Sequence record: OR228483.1
Length of the DNA stretch: 39,037 nt
From: Escherichia phage pO2
Direction: 5' to 3' (one strand)
The notes under the pieces were generated by a model. The model was given only the letters and a program-made list of their open reading frames with translations. It was not told the origin of the DNA and searched no databases. The first letter of the stretch is position 1; each line of letters opens with the position of its first letter. The translations under genes were made by a program, and so were the position numbers. Of this stretch, positions 10,010 to 18,941 are shown one piece after another.

Positions 10010-12292
10010 TTACTCCTTACTAATTAGTACGTTTGCGATACCCTCCAGTGAGACGTCATTGTACATCCCACCGCGCTTCTCGATGTTGGCCTCTCGGTCA
10101 GCTCGACGTTTGTCACCAGCAGCCTTAGTCCCGACGATACGCGCTCGCTTGTTAGCGTCACGTTCTGCCTGAGCGTATGCGGCATCTTGTGCCTTCTGCT
10201 GTTGTTCGCGGTAGAGTTTACCTACAAGTTCTTTATCGTAGCGAATACGAATAGTCCCCGTAGCGTCTTGGAGGAAGATAGAGCCGTTCTGTTCAACAAC
10301 GGACAACTGAGAGTTCACTACCCAAGGGTTGGCCTTAATGAGCTGCTTACGAGCGGTGTCGATAATGTCTCGACCAACCTGCCACGACTCTGGGTTATCC
10401 CCGACCATAAGCTGGTGTTTGGACACCATGCCGATGGACTTACCATCAGAACCCTCAGACTGGAACGTTACGGTGTTCTCATTCAGCCAGCGTTGAGTCT
10501 GCTGAGTTGCAGCGTCAGCGTTACCTGTACGATAGTACCATGAGTCCCAGACCTTACGAGCACTTGCGTCCAGAGACGTAGGAAGACGCGAAAGGTCCTT
10601 ATTCCGAGAGTCGTTCTTCAACTCCTGCCACGCCTTGTCTGACTCAATGCGCATCTCACGGCTTTGACTTGCAGCTTGCTTATCAGCTTCAATCATCGTC
10701 TGAGGGTCCAGACCCATCTTGTCCATCTGGTCGAACGTAGAGAACAACTGAGCTTGGTCAGGATACAGAGCAGAAAAACTTGAAGGGTCCTGAGTGTAGG
10801 CACGACGAAGAGATTCGAAGCGTTGCATCTTGTCTGGGTCGTACTGCCCACGGATGACCGCAGCTTGCCACTCACCAGCAGCGTCCTGAGTCAGCGTCTG
10901 GAAGGCATTACGGAACGGACCGTTGTTAGTGTCAGCTCTTAATAATGCAACCTTCTGTGCGTCCTTAGCAGCCTCAGGGATGTCCATCTGGTCAATCTGC
11001 TGTAGCTTAGCAGACGCATAGTTGTTCATGTCTGAACGCTTGAACTCTCCTGTGGATTCAGAGACCGGAAGGTCCTCATAGTTGGTGGACACGTTGTCTC
11101 CAGCCAGACGTCGCTGATAAACTTGGTCTATGACCAGTTGCTTGTTCTGGGTCTGGATTAACTTAGTGTTCTCCTTTGCCTGTTCAGCAGACTTACGCTT
11201 GACCGCTTCCAGTAAGCTGGCTTCTGCATTAATAAGCATCTGACGCTGAGGCGTTAGTTCTTCACCCGGCTGAAGCAGGTTGTTCTGCTCCTTGAGTTTC
11301 TGAATCTGGGCCAGACCGATGGTTGGGTCATCCTGAAGAATCGCAGACTGAACGCCTAACGACAAGTCTTCCTGATACTTAGCCACCAGTTTATACTCAG
11401 TACCTTGGGCCTCAACCATAGCAGCATTGAAGACGTCAGGTCCTACAATCTCTTCGATGGTAGCGTCAACACCGTTAAGGGTGATACGCTCGCCACGGAC
11501 TTGCTGTAGGAAGTTTGAGCCTCCTGACTTCTGGATTGCGTCACGGACCGTCTGGGTGATGACCTCTCGTGCTCTCTGGTCCGAAGGTATAGCAGCAGTC
11601 GTCAATCCATCCCGAAGGTAGGCCATGAATGTCTTGCCAGACTCAGGTGAACGCATCAGGTCGCCATCGTTCAGGAATGAGTTCATCTCAATACGAGTGT
11701 TCAACATTGCTGTCTCTTCAGACTGCTTGCTGAAATACTTATTGAAAGACCCATAGATAGCGATGTTGCGGTCTGTGATGTTATCGTTGAACCCACGCTG
11801 GAAGAACTCGTCTGTAGGGTTAATACCCGACTCTTCAGCATAGGACTTAGCGGCATCCTGAAGTCGCTGGTGGCGATACTCTTCCATTTCCTGACGTGTG
11901 CGGAACTCACCGTTCTGAATCTTAACGTTAATCTCGTCGTCTACAGCAAAGGCAGCATTACGACCAGTCTTGACTCGAAGTGCTTCCATAGCGTAAGGGT
12001 CATCCTGATACAGCAATGTGCCGTTCTGGATAGCCTCACGTCTTTGCTGAGGTGTCAGTTTACGGATAATCTCGTTAGACCGCTCGTCGGCCCGTGTCTT
12101 TTCATCGTCCTTGAACTGCTTGTACAATCCAGTCCCAGACTCAACGAAGTTGGTTAACGCACGAGCCAGACCGGAGTCACCAGTCGGAGCCTGAACGCTG
12201 GCTGCTTGATAGTTTACGGCGATAGTTTTACCCGGCGCTCTGCCGCGACCCATAGTCCGATTAGCCAGAGCTGATTCAATATTACTAGCCAT
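10010..12292 (-). CDS. gp15: Internal virion protein C
   Basis: 760 aa, T7 gp15-like size and position; AGAGGAGG before ATG. Confidence 0.85.
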   Translation of the reverse strand: MASNIESALANRTMGRGRAPGKTIAVNYQAASVQAPTGDSGLARALTNFVESGTGLYKQFKDDEKTRADERSNEIIRKLTPQQRREAIQNGTLLYQDDPYAMEALRVKTGRNAAFAVDDEINVKIQNGEFRTRQEMEEYRHQRLQDAAKSYAEESGINPTDEFFQRGFNDNITDRNIAIYGSFNKYFSKQSEETAMLNTRIEMNSFLNDGDLMRSPESGKTFMAYLRDGLTTAAIPSDQRAREVITQTVRDAIQKSGGSNFLQQVRGERITLNGVDATIEEIVGPDVFNAAMVEAQGTEYKLVAKYQEDLSLGVQSAILQDDPTIGLAQIQKLKEQNNLLQPGEELTPQRQMLINAEASLLEAVKRKSAEQAKENTKLIQTQNKQLVIDQVYQRRLAGDNVSTNYEDLPVSESTGEFKRSDMNNYASAKLQQIDQMDIPEAAKDAQKVALLRADTNNGPFRNAFQTLTQDAAGEWQAAVIRGQYDPDKMQRFESLRRAYTQDPSSFSALYPDQAQLFSTFDQMDKMGLDPQTMIEADKQAASQSREMRIESDKAWQELKNDSRNKDLSRLPTSLDASARKVWDSWYYRTGNADAATQQTQRWLNENTVTFQSEGSDGKSIGMVSKHQLMVGDNPESWQVGRDIIDTARKQLIKANPWVVNSQLSVVEQNGSIFLQDATGTIRIRYDKELVGKLYREQQQKAQDAAYAQAERDANKRARIVGTKAAGDKRRADREANIEKRGGMYNDVSLEGIANVLISKE

Positions 12293-12303
12293 TAGTCCTC
12301 CTC

Positions 12304-12891
12304 TTAGCTATGACCTGTAGGTGTGCCTTTAGCAGCCCTAATTGGTGCAGAACCGCCAGAGCTGGATGACCCAGACATTGATTCACCAGCAGCGTAACCT
12401 TGCATCCCGGCGTTAGCAACATTAAGTGCATGAGCCAGTGGGCTGGTCTTGATGATTTTACCTTGACCACGGATAGCAGACTTTGTGTTCTCAATGTTGG
12501 CGATACGGTTCCCGAAGATAGCCGCATAGTCGCGGTTGTAACTTTCGGTAATCCCTGCTCGCTCCTTGACTGTATCTCCTTCGACCTGACGTTCAATCCT
12601 GTCCATAGAGTTACCTTCCAGACCTGACTCAGCCACTGCAGCTCGGACCATCCCCTGATTGCGGATACCGTTTAGAGTGGTCTCTGTCAGTTCAGCCATC
12701 TGCTGCTCCTTCAGGTCTCGCTCCTGCATCTTCAGGTTGGCGTCAGAGTAGTTCATCTGCTTAACCATTTCCTGAGCCTGTCGGTTCTGAGCGTCAATTG
12801 CTGCACCTTCTGCCTTGGCCTGTTGGGATGCGGACATAGTGGCCCCGGCTACAGCCATGATTCCTAGACCGATACTTACGGGTTCACACAT
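12304..12891 (-). CDS. gp14: Internal virion protein B
   Basis: 195 aa; resembles T7 gp14 (LEGNSMDRIERQVEG, YNRDYAAIF); TAAGGAGG before ATG. Confidence 0.85.
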   Translation of the reverse strand: MCEPVSIGLGIMAVAGATMSASQQAKAEGAAIDAQNRQAQEMVKQMNYSDANLKMQERDLKEQQMAELTETTLNGIRNQGMVRAAVAESGLEGNSMDRIERQVEGDTVKERAGITESYNRDYAAIFGNRIANIENTKSAIRGQGKIIKTSPLAHALNVANAGMQGYAAGESMSGSSSSGGSAPIRAAKGTPTGHS

Positions 12892-13346
12892 ACGTCCTCC
12901 TTAGAGATAGTGAATAATTGAAAACGCTCACCAGTTACCGGGCTGATAGTCCAATCATCATGGAACTTAGCCCCAAGCAACTTCAAGAATTTAATGTGAG
13001 ACTTATTGCCTGACCACACGTAGTTCCAGATGGTCCCGTATTGGTCTAACATTAAGTCCCTGTACTCAGAGATACGCTTTATGAACTCTCGCTTCTCTTT
13101 AGGTCTCAGCTTATAGACCAGACCGGAAGTCAAGAACCATACGTTATCCCCTTGGTTTCCACCATAGGCAAACACTTCGCCTACACCGTTCGTTAAAACC
13201 ACAGATGACGGAGATAGGTGCTTAAGCAGTCTTTCAGAGAGACCAACGGTTGACCCGTAGTTTGCTTTGCACTCATTAACATCATCTGCTGAAAGATGCC
13301 ACAGAAAGTAGTGGACATCCGGTTCCGTAGCCTTGCGAATATACAT
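12876..13346 (-). CDS. gp13: Internal virion protein A (gp13-like, by position)
   Basis: 156 aa between gp12 and gp14; AAGGAG before ATG. Confidence 0.6.
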   Translation of the reverse strand: MYIRKATEPDVHYFLWHLSADDVNECKANYGSTVGLSERLLKHLSPSSVVLTNGVGEVFAYGGNQGDNVWFLTSGLVYKLRPKEKREFIKRISEYRDLMLDQYGTIWNYVWSGNKSHIKFLKLLGAKFHDDWTISPVTGERFQLFTISKEDVCVNP

Positions 13347-13365
13347 AAAGTCTCCTTATAACCTT

Positions 13366-13415
13366 AAGGGCCTATAGTCCCTATAGTGATAGTTAAGGTA
13401 AATCTATAGGCCCTT
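13366..13415 (-). promoter_or_regulatory. Perfect 12-bp inverted repeat (AAGGGCCTATAG / CTATAGGCCCTT) enclosing the phi13 promoter; candidate R13-like processing hairpin
   Basis: Arms at 13366..13377 and 13404..13415 read directly; promoter lies in the loop. Confidence 0.45.
13376..13398 (-). promoter_or_regulatory. Phage RNA polymerase promoter (phi13-like)
   Basis: + strand CCCTATAGTGATAGTTAAGG. Confidence 0.65.
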
Positions 13416-13422
13416 CAATAAG

Positions 13423-15780
13423 TTAGACTGAACGAGCTTTCTTAGCGTATGATGCCTCCCAGCCACACCCAACGATGGACACTGGGGTAGGATAGTCGGA
13501 CTCTAAGGTTAGACTCGTGGTTAATGCGTTACCATTCATAGCGAATCGATACTGCCCGTCACCAATGTTTGTAGTACCGATGGTTTGCTGACCAAGGGTG
13601 TACCCGTTGAAGGTATTCACGAACTCCCGCTCACCGTTTCTGACAATGAGTCTCAGAGCGCCAGTGTCCTTGTAGTTGACCCAAGCCCGACGAAGCTGTA
13701 GACGACCAGTGTCTTCAGACTGAGTGCCACTATCATCTTCAATCTTAATCAGGAACCGTGAGAACTTGTAGGACATCAGATAGGGCCGTCCGATGAACAC
13801 TGTACGTCCTGACCAATCGCCGTTGAGGGTAATCACAGTAGAGATACTGGACAAGTCCCCAAGGTCCACATAAGCACCCTGACTGTCAATCAGATAGTAC
13901 CGACCGGGAGACGGAGCGTTGCCGCCATAAGCAGCACCAATGTCAACCGTAGTCTTATAGGTGTCAGCATTATATGAGCCAATTGGAATTACCATAGACA
14001 CCTTGGAGTCAATGTGTAGTCTATATGGCTCTGACGGGAAGTCAGTTGCCTCCTTGATGAACTTAAGGTGCTCAATGTCTACCCCTCCTTGGTGCTGACG
14101 AACAATGAACATGGTAGAGCCAATAGAAGCAGACGCCAGAATCTTATCATCTTTAGGGAACTCCCAGTGTGACCAAGAGGCTTGAAGCTGTACTCCGTCC
14201 TTAAACAAGAACTTGTAGATGTAGATTCGGTTGTATGCACCTGTAGAGTTGACGCAGATGTAGTTCTCAGTACCTGTACCTTGAATATCAAACACCCCGT
14301 TAGGGATGTAGGACAGTACGTGACCAGTTGTATCATCTGCATCCTTCACATCAGATACATCAGCTACAGCGAAGTATCGCTTAATACTGGTGAATGACCC
14401 ACGAGGAGCTGAGAAGAAGACTGAGCGTCCTACAGCGAACGGTCTGGCATTATCACCTAGGGCAAACTCTGAGCCTACATCAAGCTGGATAGACTTCGAG
14501 GTAAGGACCCCAGAGCTTGTCATCACGAACTGAACCTCATCCGACCAAAGTAGTAGCTGCTCGCTAAACGGAACGGCATACTTAAGGATTGAGATTCGAG
14601 GGTGACTTACAGCTACGTCAATAGGGTCATCATCACTCAGTGTCGCCACACTCTTAGGGAAGAACGCAAAGTAGCTGGCTGAACGGCTCATGATTACGTT
14701 CTCACCCGACAAGAACCCTAGCCTGTTCCTGTAGAAGAACACATCATTAATCGCAGCATCCACGAAGCTAGGCATAGGGTTTGTGTCATCGTTACCAGCA
14801 CCACGCTTGGACCAATCCAGAGTCTTGAACTCAAAGGAGCCGTCAGATTGTCTTACCAGAGCGTGTGGCATTGTGGTGTTATCGAACCCAGTGACAACTC
14901 CCGGCTCCACTGTCTCCTTCCACGTCTTAGTGTTGGAGTCATACATCACGTAGTATTCATCGGCGCTACTGTTTGTTTCACCTTGAATCTTAATGATATA
15001 CCCATTAGGAGCGGCAAGAGGTAGTTTAGAGATTGTCTGCACAGTGTCTAGGACTGGGCTTATTAGCTGGTTAGCGTAGCCATCCTCCGTCTCCACTGAG
15101 TTAATGTCGGTCCCTGAAGGAGCTGTGATTAGCAGGAAGCCAGACCCAAGGTCAAACGTGAAGTCAGGATAGGACTGAACAAGAAGGTCTCTCAGAGCTG
15201 CACCAATGGCCTGAGCGTCCACCTTAGGTGGGTCATTCTCGGCATCATTACCTGCTGGTAGCTTATGCGAGACCTTAACGCCACCGTTGATTCCCACCTT
15301 AAGGGTTCGACCATACTGTCCACCACGCAGGTTAATTAAAGCTCGTGCTTTGCGGTTATAACCAGAGTGTGACTTCTCGCTTCCACCTTTGACGACAACC
15401 TTACGGTTAACGACGAACGTATAGTCTGCCACGGTAACGACACGGATGTCATCTCGTGGGTTGGAGGACTTAACGTAGTCTACCGCACCTGACACTGAGT
15501 ATTGATTACCACTCAAGTCAACTACCTGAATGTTGGACCCATTGAACACGATGTAATACTGCTCATGCTCATCACGGTTAATCAGGTGGAACTTAGGGTT
15601 GCTCCCAACGTCGATGTTAAGACGTCGCTTGAAGACTGTAGGTGGACGCTTCTGGAGGCCATCACTCTCTGATGACCAGCAGTTAACCTGTGACTCGCCT
15701 TGGTCTGAGAACCTCAGTATATCAGGCTGTTGGCTAATGCCACCCTTAAGATTTTTTATGCTTTGCGTAATAAGCGGCAT
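13423..15780 (-). CDS. gp12: Tail tubular protein B
   Basis: 785 aa; N-terminus SQSIKNLKGGISQQPDILR near-identical to T7 gp12. Confidence 0.95.
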   Translation of the reverse strand: MPLITQSIKNLKGGISQQPDILRFSDQGESQVNCWSSESDGLQKRPPTVFKRRLNIDVGSNPKFHLINRDEHEQYYIVFNGSNIQVVDLSGNQYSVSGAVDYVKSSNPRDDIRVVTVADYTFVVNRKVVVKGGSEKSHSGYNRKARALINLRGGQYGRTLKVGINGGVKVSHKLPAGNDAENDPPKVDAQAIGAALRDLLVQSYPDFTFDLGSGFLLITAPSGTDINSVETEDGYANQLISPVLDTVQTISKLPLAAPNGYIIKIQGETNSSADEYYVMYDSNTKTWKETVEPGVVTGFDNTTMPHALVRQSDGSFEFKTLDWSKRGAGNDDTNPMPSFVDAAINDVFFYRNRLGFLSGENVIMSRSASYFAFFPKSVATLSDDDPIDVAVSHPRISILKYAVPFSEQLLLWSDEVQFVMTSSGVLTSKSIQLDVGSEFALGDNARPFAVGRSVFFSAPRGSFTSIKRYFAVADVSDVKDADDTTGHVLSYIPNGVFDIQGTGTENYICVNSTGAYNRIYIYKFLFKDGVQLQASWSHWEFPKDDKILASASIGSTMFIVRQHQGGVDIEHLKFIKEATDFPSEPYRLHIDSKVSMVIPIGSYNADTYKTTVDIGAAYGGNAPSPGRYYLIDSQGAYVDLGDLSSISTVITLNGDWSGRTVFIGRPYLMSYKFSRFLIKIEDDSGTQSEDTGRLQLRRAWVNYKDTGALRLIVRNGEREFVNTFNGYTLGQQTIGTTNIGDGQYRFAMNGNALTTSLTLESDYPTPVSIVGCGWEASYAKKARSV

Positions 15781-16346
15781 TAGTCTCTCCCAATGTCGGA
15801 CATCATGTTGTAGCGACCAGTATCCATCTCGTATTCCATGACCTGCTGATAGAGTTCTGCTTCCTGCTCACGAAGGTACAGTTCAGACTCTGGGCTACCG
15901 AAGAACTTAGCGTTGAACTCACGGCTAGCTTTAGTGACGATGTAGTCCCTGAAGACCACAGGCATCTCTGAGAATGGCTTCATCTCCACAAGCTCTACCG
16001 TGATAGGGTCGGTGAAAGTGGTCGACTGAGTGGACAGGTCGTACAGGTATCCACCCATGTTGCTGTAGTAGCTGGTGGCCCCAGCGGTCATTACACGAAG
16101 GTATGACGGCAAGAATCGAATCCTATTGTCTTGGACATCAGGTGTCAGGACAGCAGCTTCGTTGATGTTAAAGTTCCAGCCTTTAGCTTGGACCTGACGA
16201 TTGACACGATGCAGGATACGTTGGGCGTTCGAGACGTCAGCATTCCCCTCGTCAAGCTGTAGGACTGCTGGTTCACCGATAGCAGCTAACATATCGTTGA
16301 TAGCGTCTAAGTCATCGTTAGCATTCAGTGGAATGTATTGAGCCAT
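15780..16346 (-). CDS. gp11: Tail tubular protein A
   Basis: T7 gp11-like (AIGEPAV, YIVTKASREFN, MEYEMD); start placed at ATG 16346 with GGAGG rather than the ORF-track start 16376, which lacks a ribosome-binding site. Confidence 0.9.
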   Translation of the reverse strand: MAQYIPLNANDDLDAINDMLAAIGEPAVLQLDEGNADVSNAQRILHRVNRQVQAKGWNFNINEAAVLTPDVQDNRIRFLPSYLRVMTAGATSYYSNMGGYLYDLSTQSTTFTDPITVELVEMKPFSEMPVVFRDYIVTKASREFNAKFFGSPESELYLREQEAELYQQVMEYEMDTGRYNMMSDIGRD

Positions 16347-16463
16347 ACTCCCTCCTATCTGTCGTAAGGACTGCATGGTCCGGTTAATAATATAATCGCC
16401 CAGAAACTAACAAATAGTCCCAAGGCTGTAAGTAAGTAAAACATAATCATCCTCACTCTAAGC

Positions 16464-16501
16464 AAAAAAAACCCCTCAAGCACCCGAAGGCACCCAAGGG
16501 G
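16464..16501 (-). terminator. Tphi-like intrinsic terminator after the capsid gene
   Basis: Minus-strand RNA CCCCUUGGGUGCC-UUCG-GGUGCUUGAGGGG then U8; stem uses G-U wobbles so it is strand specific. Confidence 0.8.
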
Positions 16502-16507
16502 TTTCAA

Positions 16508-16798
16508 TTAGTTTGTGAAAGATACGTTGAAGGAACGCACAGGCGAACCGTCATACCCAACAATCACCAGACCTTCCGCGCCAGAGGTGGCCTTGAAGTA
16601 GAGACTGTTGGTTCTACGGGAGTAGCTAACACCATCAGGCGTAGTCACCTCAAGCAGCGACCAATCGGTCACATCTGAAAGCTCAGGTAAGTCAACCTTC
16701 AGGCTGGTCCCCACCGTAGAACTGTACGTCTCTAAGGTAGGACCCTCTGTAGAGAGGGCCTTAAAGGTCGTTAGCCCGCTGACGCTGCTGTGAAAACC
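16508..16798 (-). CDS. gp10B: Minor capsid protein 10B C-terminal extension, reached by a programmed -1 ribosomal frameshift near the end of gene 10A
   Basis: -1 frame open from shifty GGUUUUC (16792..16798) across the 10A stop to 16508; ORF-track 68-aa ORF 16508..16714 is the distal part of this frame. Confidence 0.55.
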   Translation of the reverse strand, partial: GFHSSVSGLTTFKALSTEGPTLETYSSTVGTSLKVDLPELSDVTDWSLLEVTTPDGVSYSRRTNSLYFKATSGAEGLVIVGYDGSPVRSFNVSFTN

Positions 16799-17820
16799 AG
16801 CGCACCCGCCGCTTCAGGACGCAGACCACCGTGACCCATAGCGTACTTACCAACAATCAGGTCGCCCTGAGCATCAACGTCACGGTCACGTTCCAGCGCC
16901 AAGTCACGAAGCTTCACAGTACCCACAGCAGAACGGTGAGAGAACAGGCCCACAACGTTGTCCAGAGCAACTTTAACATTACCAGTAGCAGTAGCTGGGA
17001 AGGCGTGCTTCTGACCAGTCGCAATAGTGATACCATCATCACCACGAGTTTCACCAGCACCACCCTGAGTCAAGTGTGGGACTTCAACAACCACGAAGCC
17101 CATTACGTTACGGATGTTACCAGTCTCTGGGTCAATCAGCGCAGCATAGTTAGCAGCGTTCGGCATCAGAGCCGCGAGGATTGCAGAATAGTTATCCGGC
17201 GTTGTATAGAAATAACGGTCGCCAGCAGGAACGTAGTTGGAGGTCAGTTTCGCACGAGCGATGGTCAGTTGACCGATGATTGCTTCGCCCAGTTTAGCCG
17301 GGGTGTTGAGGTCAGCTTTCGTACCAACTTCCAGTACGGACGCAGTACCCAGACCAGCGATGTTCTCGTTGGATGCAGCTGGGAGGTTACACAAGAGAGC
17401 CGTTTCAGCCAGAACCGCACCATCAGCAGCGATAGCCAGAGCTTCACCCAACTGGTTGGAATACTCACCAGCCACGTCATAGTGGTTCATCGCGTCTTCA
17501 ATGTCGAAAATCATCACATCGGCAGTCAGCAGACCATCAATGGTAATTGTTTTCTCGGTATGTTTGATACCTTTACGCTTATCGGACAGTCGCTCACCCG
17601 GAGCCAGATACACACCAGAGGTGCGACCCATGACCGGGAACTGAGCAGACTTACCGTTCTGAATTGTACGGACAATATGCTTGTCAGCAGTTACAGAGCG
17701 GCGAGTGAATGCGGTCAGGACTTCGCCAGCAAAGACCTTCAGGAACAACGCCAGAGCGTCGGAACCAGATTTGCCTTTACCTTGGTCTGTACCTACTTTC
17801 TGACCCGGAACGTTTGCCAT
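16771..17820 (-). CDS. gp10A: Major capsid protein 10A
   Basis: 349 aa; extensive identity to T7 gp10A (ALFLKVF, KHTEKTITIDGLLTADV, VKLRDLALER, YAMGHGGLRPEAAGA). Confidence 0.97.
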   Translation of the reverse strand: MANVPGQKVGTDQGKGKSGSDALALFLKVFAGEVLTAFTRRSVTADKHIVRTIQNGKSAQFPVMGRTSGVYLAPGERLSDKRKGIKHTEKTITIDGLLTADVMIFDIEDAMNHYDVAGEYSNQLGEALAIAADGAVLAETALLCNLPAASNENIAGLGTASVLEVGTKADLNTPAKLGEAIIGQLTIARAKLTSNYVPAGDRYFYTTPDNYSAILAALMPNAANYAALIDPETGNIRNVMGFVVVEVPHLTQGGAGETRGDDGITIATGQKHAFPATATGNVKVALDNVVGLFSHRSAVGTVKLRDLALERDRDVDAQGDLIVGKYAMGHGGLRPEAAGALVFTAASAG

Positions 17821-17922
17821 ATGATAATTCTCCTATTCAATTGAAAGATAAAGTTTATTACTTGCTTTACGCCCAATCCGTATGGACTGAAGTAATAGGG
17901 GAACCTTGAGTCTGTATCTTGG

Positions 17923-17945
17923 TCTCCCTATAGTGATAGTTTAGT
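17923..17945 (-). promoter_or_regulatory. Phage RNA polymerase promoter (phi10-like)
   Basis: Minus-strand read ACTAAACTATCACTATAGGGAGA; -10..+6 identical to the T7 consensus, -17..-8 differs. Confidence 0.7.
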
Positions 17946-17946
17946 C

Positions 17947-18831
17947 CTACAGGCTTGATGCAGCTACCTTAGCGCGAACTTCCATCGTGTACTTAGCGTC
18001 ACGCAGGTATCGCGGGTCACTCATAGCCTTAATCATGTCAGCCTTGGAGCTGAATGCTTCGGTCTGAGGAGCCTTAGGTGCGACCACAGGTTTAGCCTGA
18101 GTGGTGATGGTTCGCTGAGGTTTAACACCTACAGCTTTACCCAGAGTCTTGCCAGCCAGATTCAGCAGAGCTTTGGTAGTCGCAATGTCCTTACGAACGA
18201 TAGCAGCTTCCAGTGCTTCACGAGTTGACGGGTCGTTGGACTCAAGGTGTGACAGGATGCGATTAAACTGTTCAGCACCACCAGCGTAGCGAACCACACC
18301 AGCAGCATACTGTTCAGCAAGAGCTTCCTGACCACGGACAAACGAATCTACGAAACGCTTGGTGTAACCTGCTTCCTGCAACTTAGCGTAGGATGCGTCA
18401 GACAGCTTACCGTCCTTGGCGTATTCAGCCTTGATAGCGGTAATTTCATCAGCAGTGACCTTGCCAGCTTCTACAGCAGAAGACACCATGTCGTCAAATG
18501 CAGCTTCGTTTTCATCCAGAGCGGTGACACTTTCAGTCAGCTCTTTCGGTGCATCACCTAGTTCGATGAACTCAGGCTGCTCACCATCGGTCTCAGACTC
18601 TTCGTCATCGGACTCGATGTCTTCTTCACCATCGGTCTCTTCGACGTTTTCGTCTTCTTCGGTCGCCTCTTCATTTTCAGCTTCCAGTTGCTTGAAGGTA
18701 ATAGCGTCATCGCCATCACGAACAGCTACGTCCTGTTCAAGCATAGACTTCTGGTGTTCGTTCAGGTCCTCAACAGAACCAGTGATTGCATTAGAGCTAA
18801 CGCCGAACTCGGCATAAACTGATTGAGACAT
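17947..18831 (-). CDS. gp9: Capsid assembly (scaffolding) protein
   Basis: 294 aa, highly acidic, between portal and capsid genes. Confidence 0.85.
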   Translation of the reverse strand: MSQSVYAEFGVSSNAITGSVEDLNEHQKSMLEQDVAVRDGDDAITFKQLEAENEEATEEDENVEETDGEEDIESDDEESETDGEQPEFIELGDAPKELTESVTALDENEAAFDDMVSSAVEAGKVTADEITAIKAEYAKDGKLSDASYAKLQEAGYTKRFVDSFVRGQEALAEQYAAGVVRYAGGAEQFNRILSHLESNDPSTREALEAAIVRKDIATTKALLNLAGKTLGKAVGVKPQRTITTQAKPVVAPKAPQTEAFSSKADMIKAMSDPRYLRDAKYTMEVRAKVAASSL

Positions 18832-18918
18832 TGAGTCATTCTCCTTTGGTAGTTAATAGGTGACGGGACAGAGTATGGTAGCTCCCAGTGGCACACTCGC
18901 GGTGAATGTGTGTCCCGT

Positions 18919-18941
18919 TGTTCCTATAGTGATAGTTTAGG
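18919..18941 (-). promoter_or_regulatory. Phage RNA polymerase promoter (phi9-like)
   Basis: + strand TTCCTATAGTGATAGTTTAGG; overlaps portal stop codon. Confidence 0.65.

Noticed and set aside
16831-17844. 337-aa ORF on the plus strand
   Set aside because: Exactly antisense to the highly conserved capsid gene; low-complexity Ser/Thr/Val-rich translation, no ribosome-binding site, and no other plus-strand gene in the genome.
17901-17915. ACCTTGAGTCT strings near phi10 (17904) and upstream of gene 1 (36548) as further copies of the hairpin family
   Set aside because: They lack the AAGGCCAC partner arm, so no comparable stem forms; probably chance partial matches.
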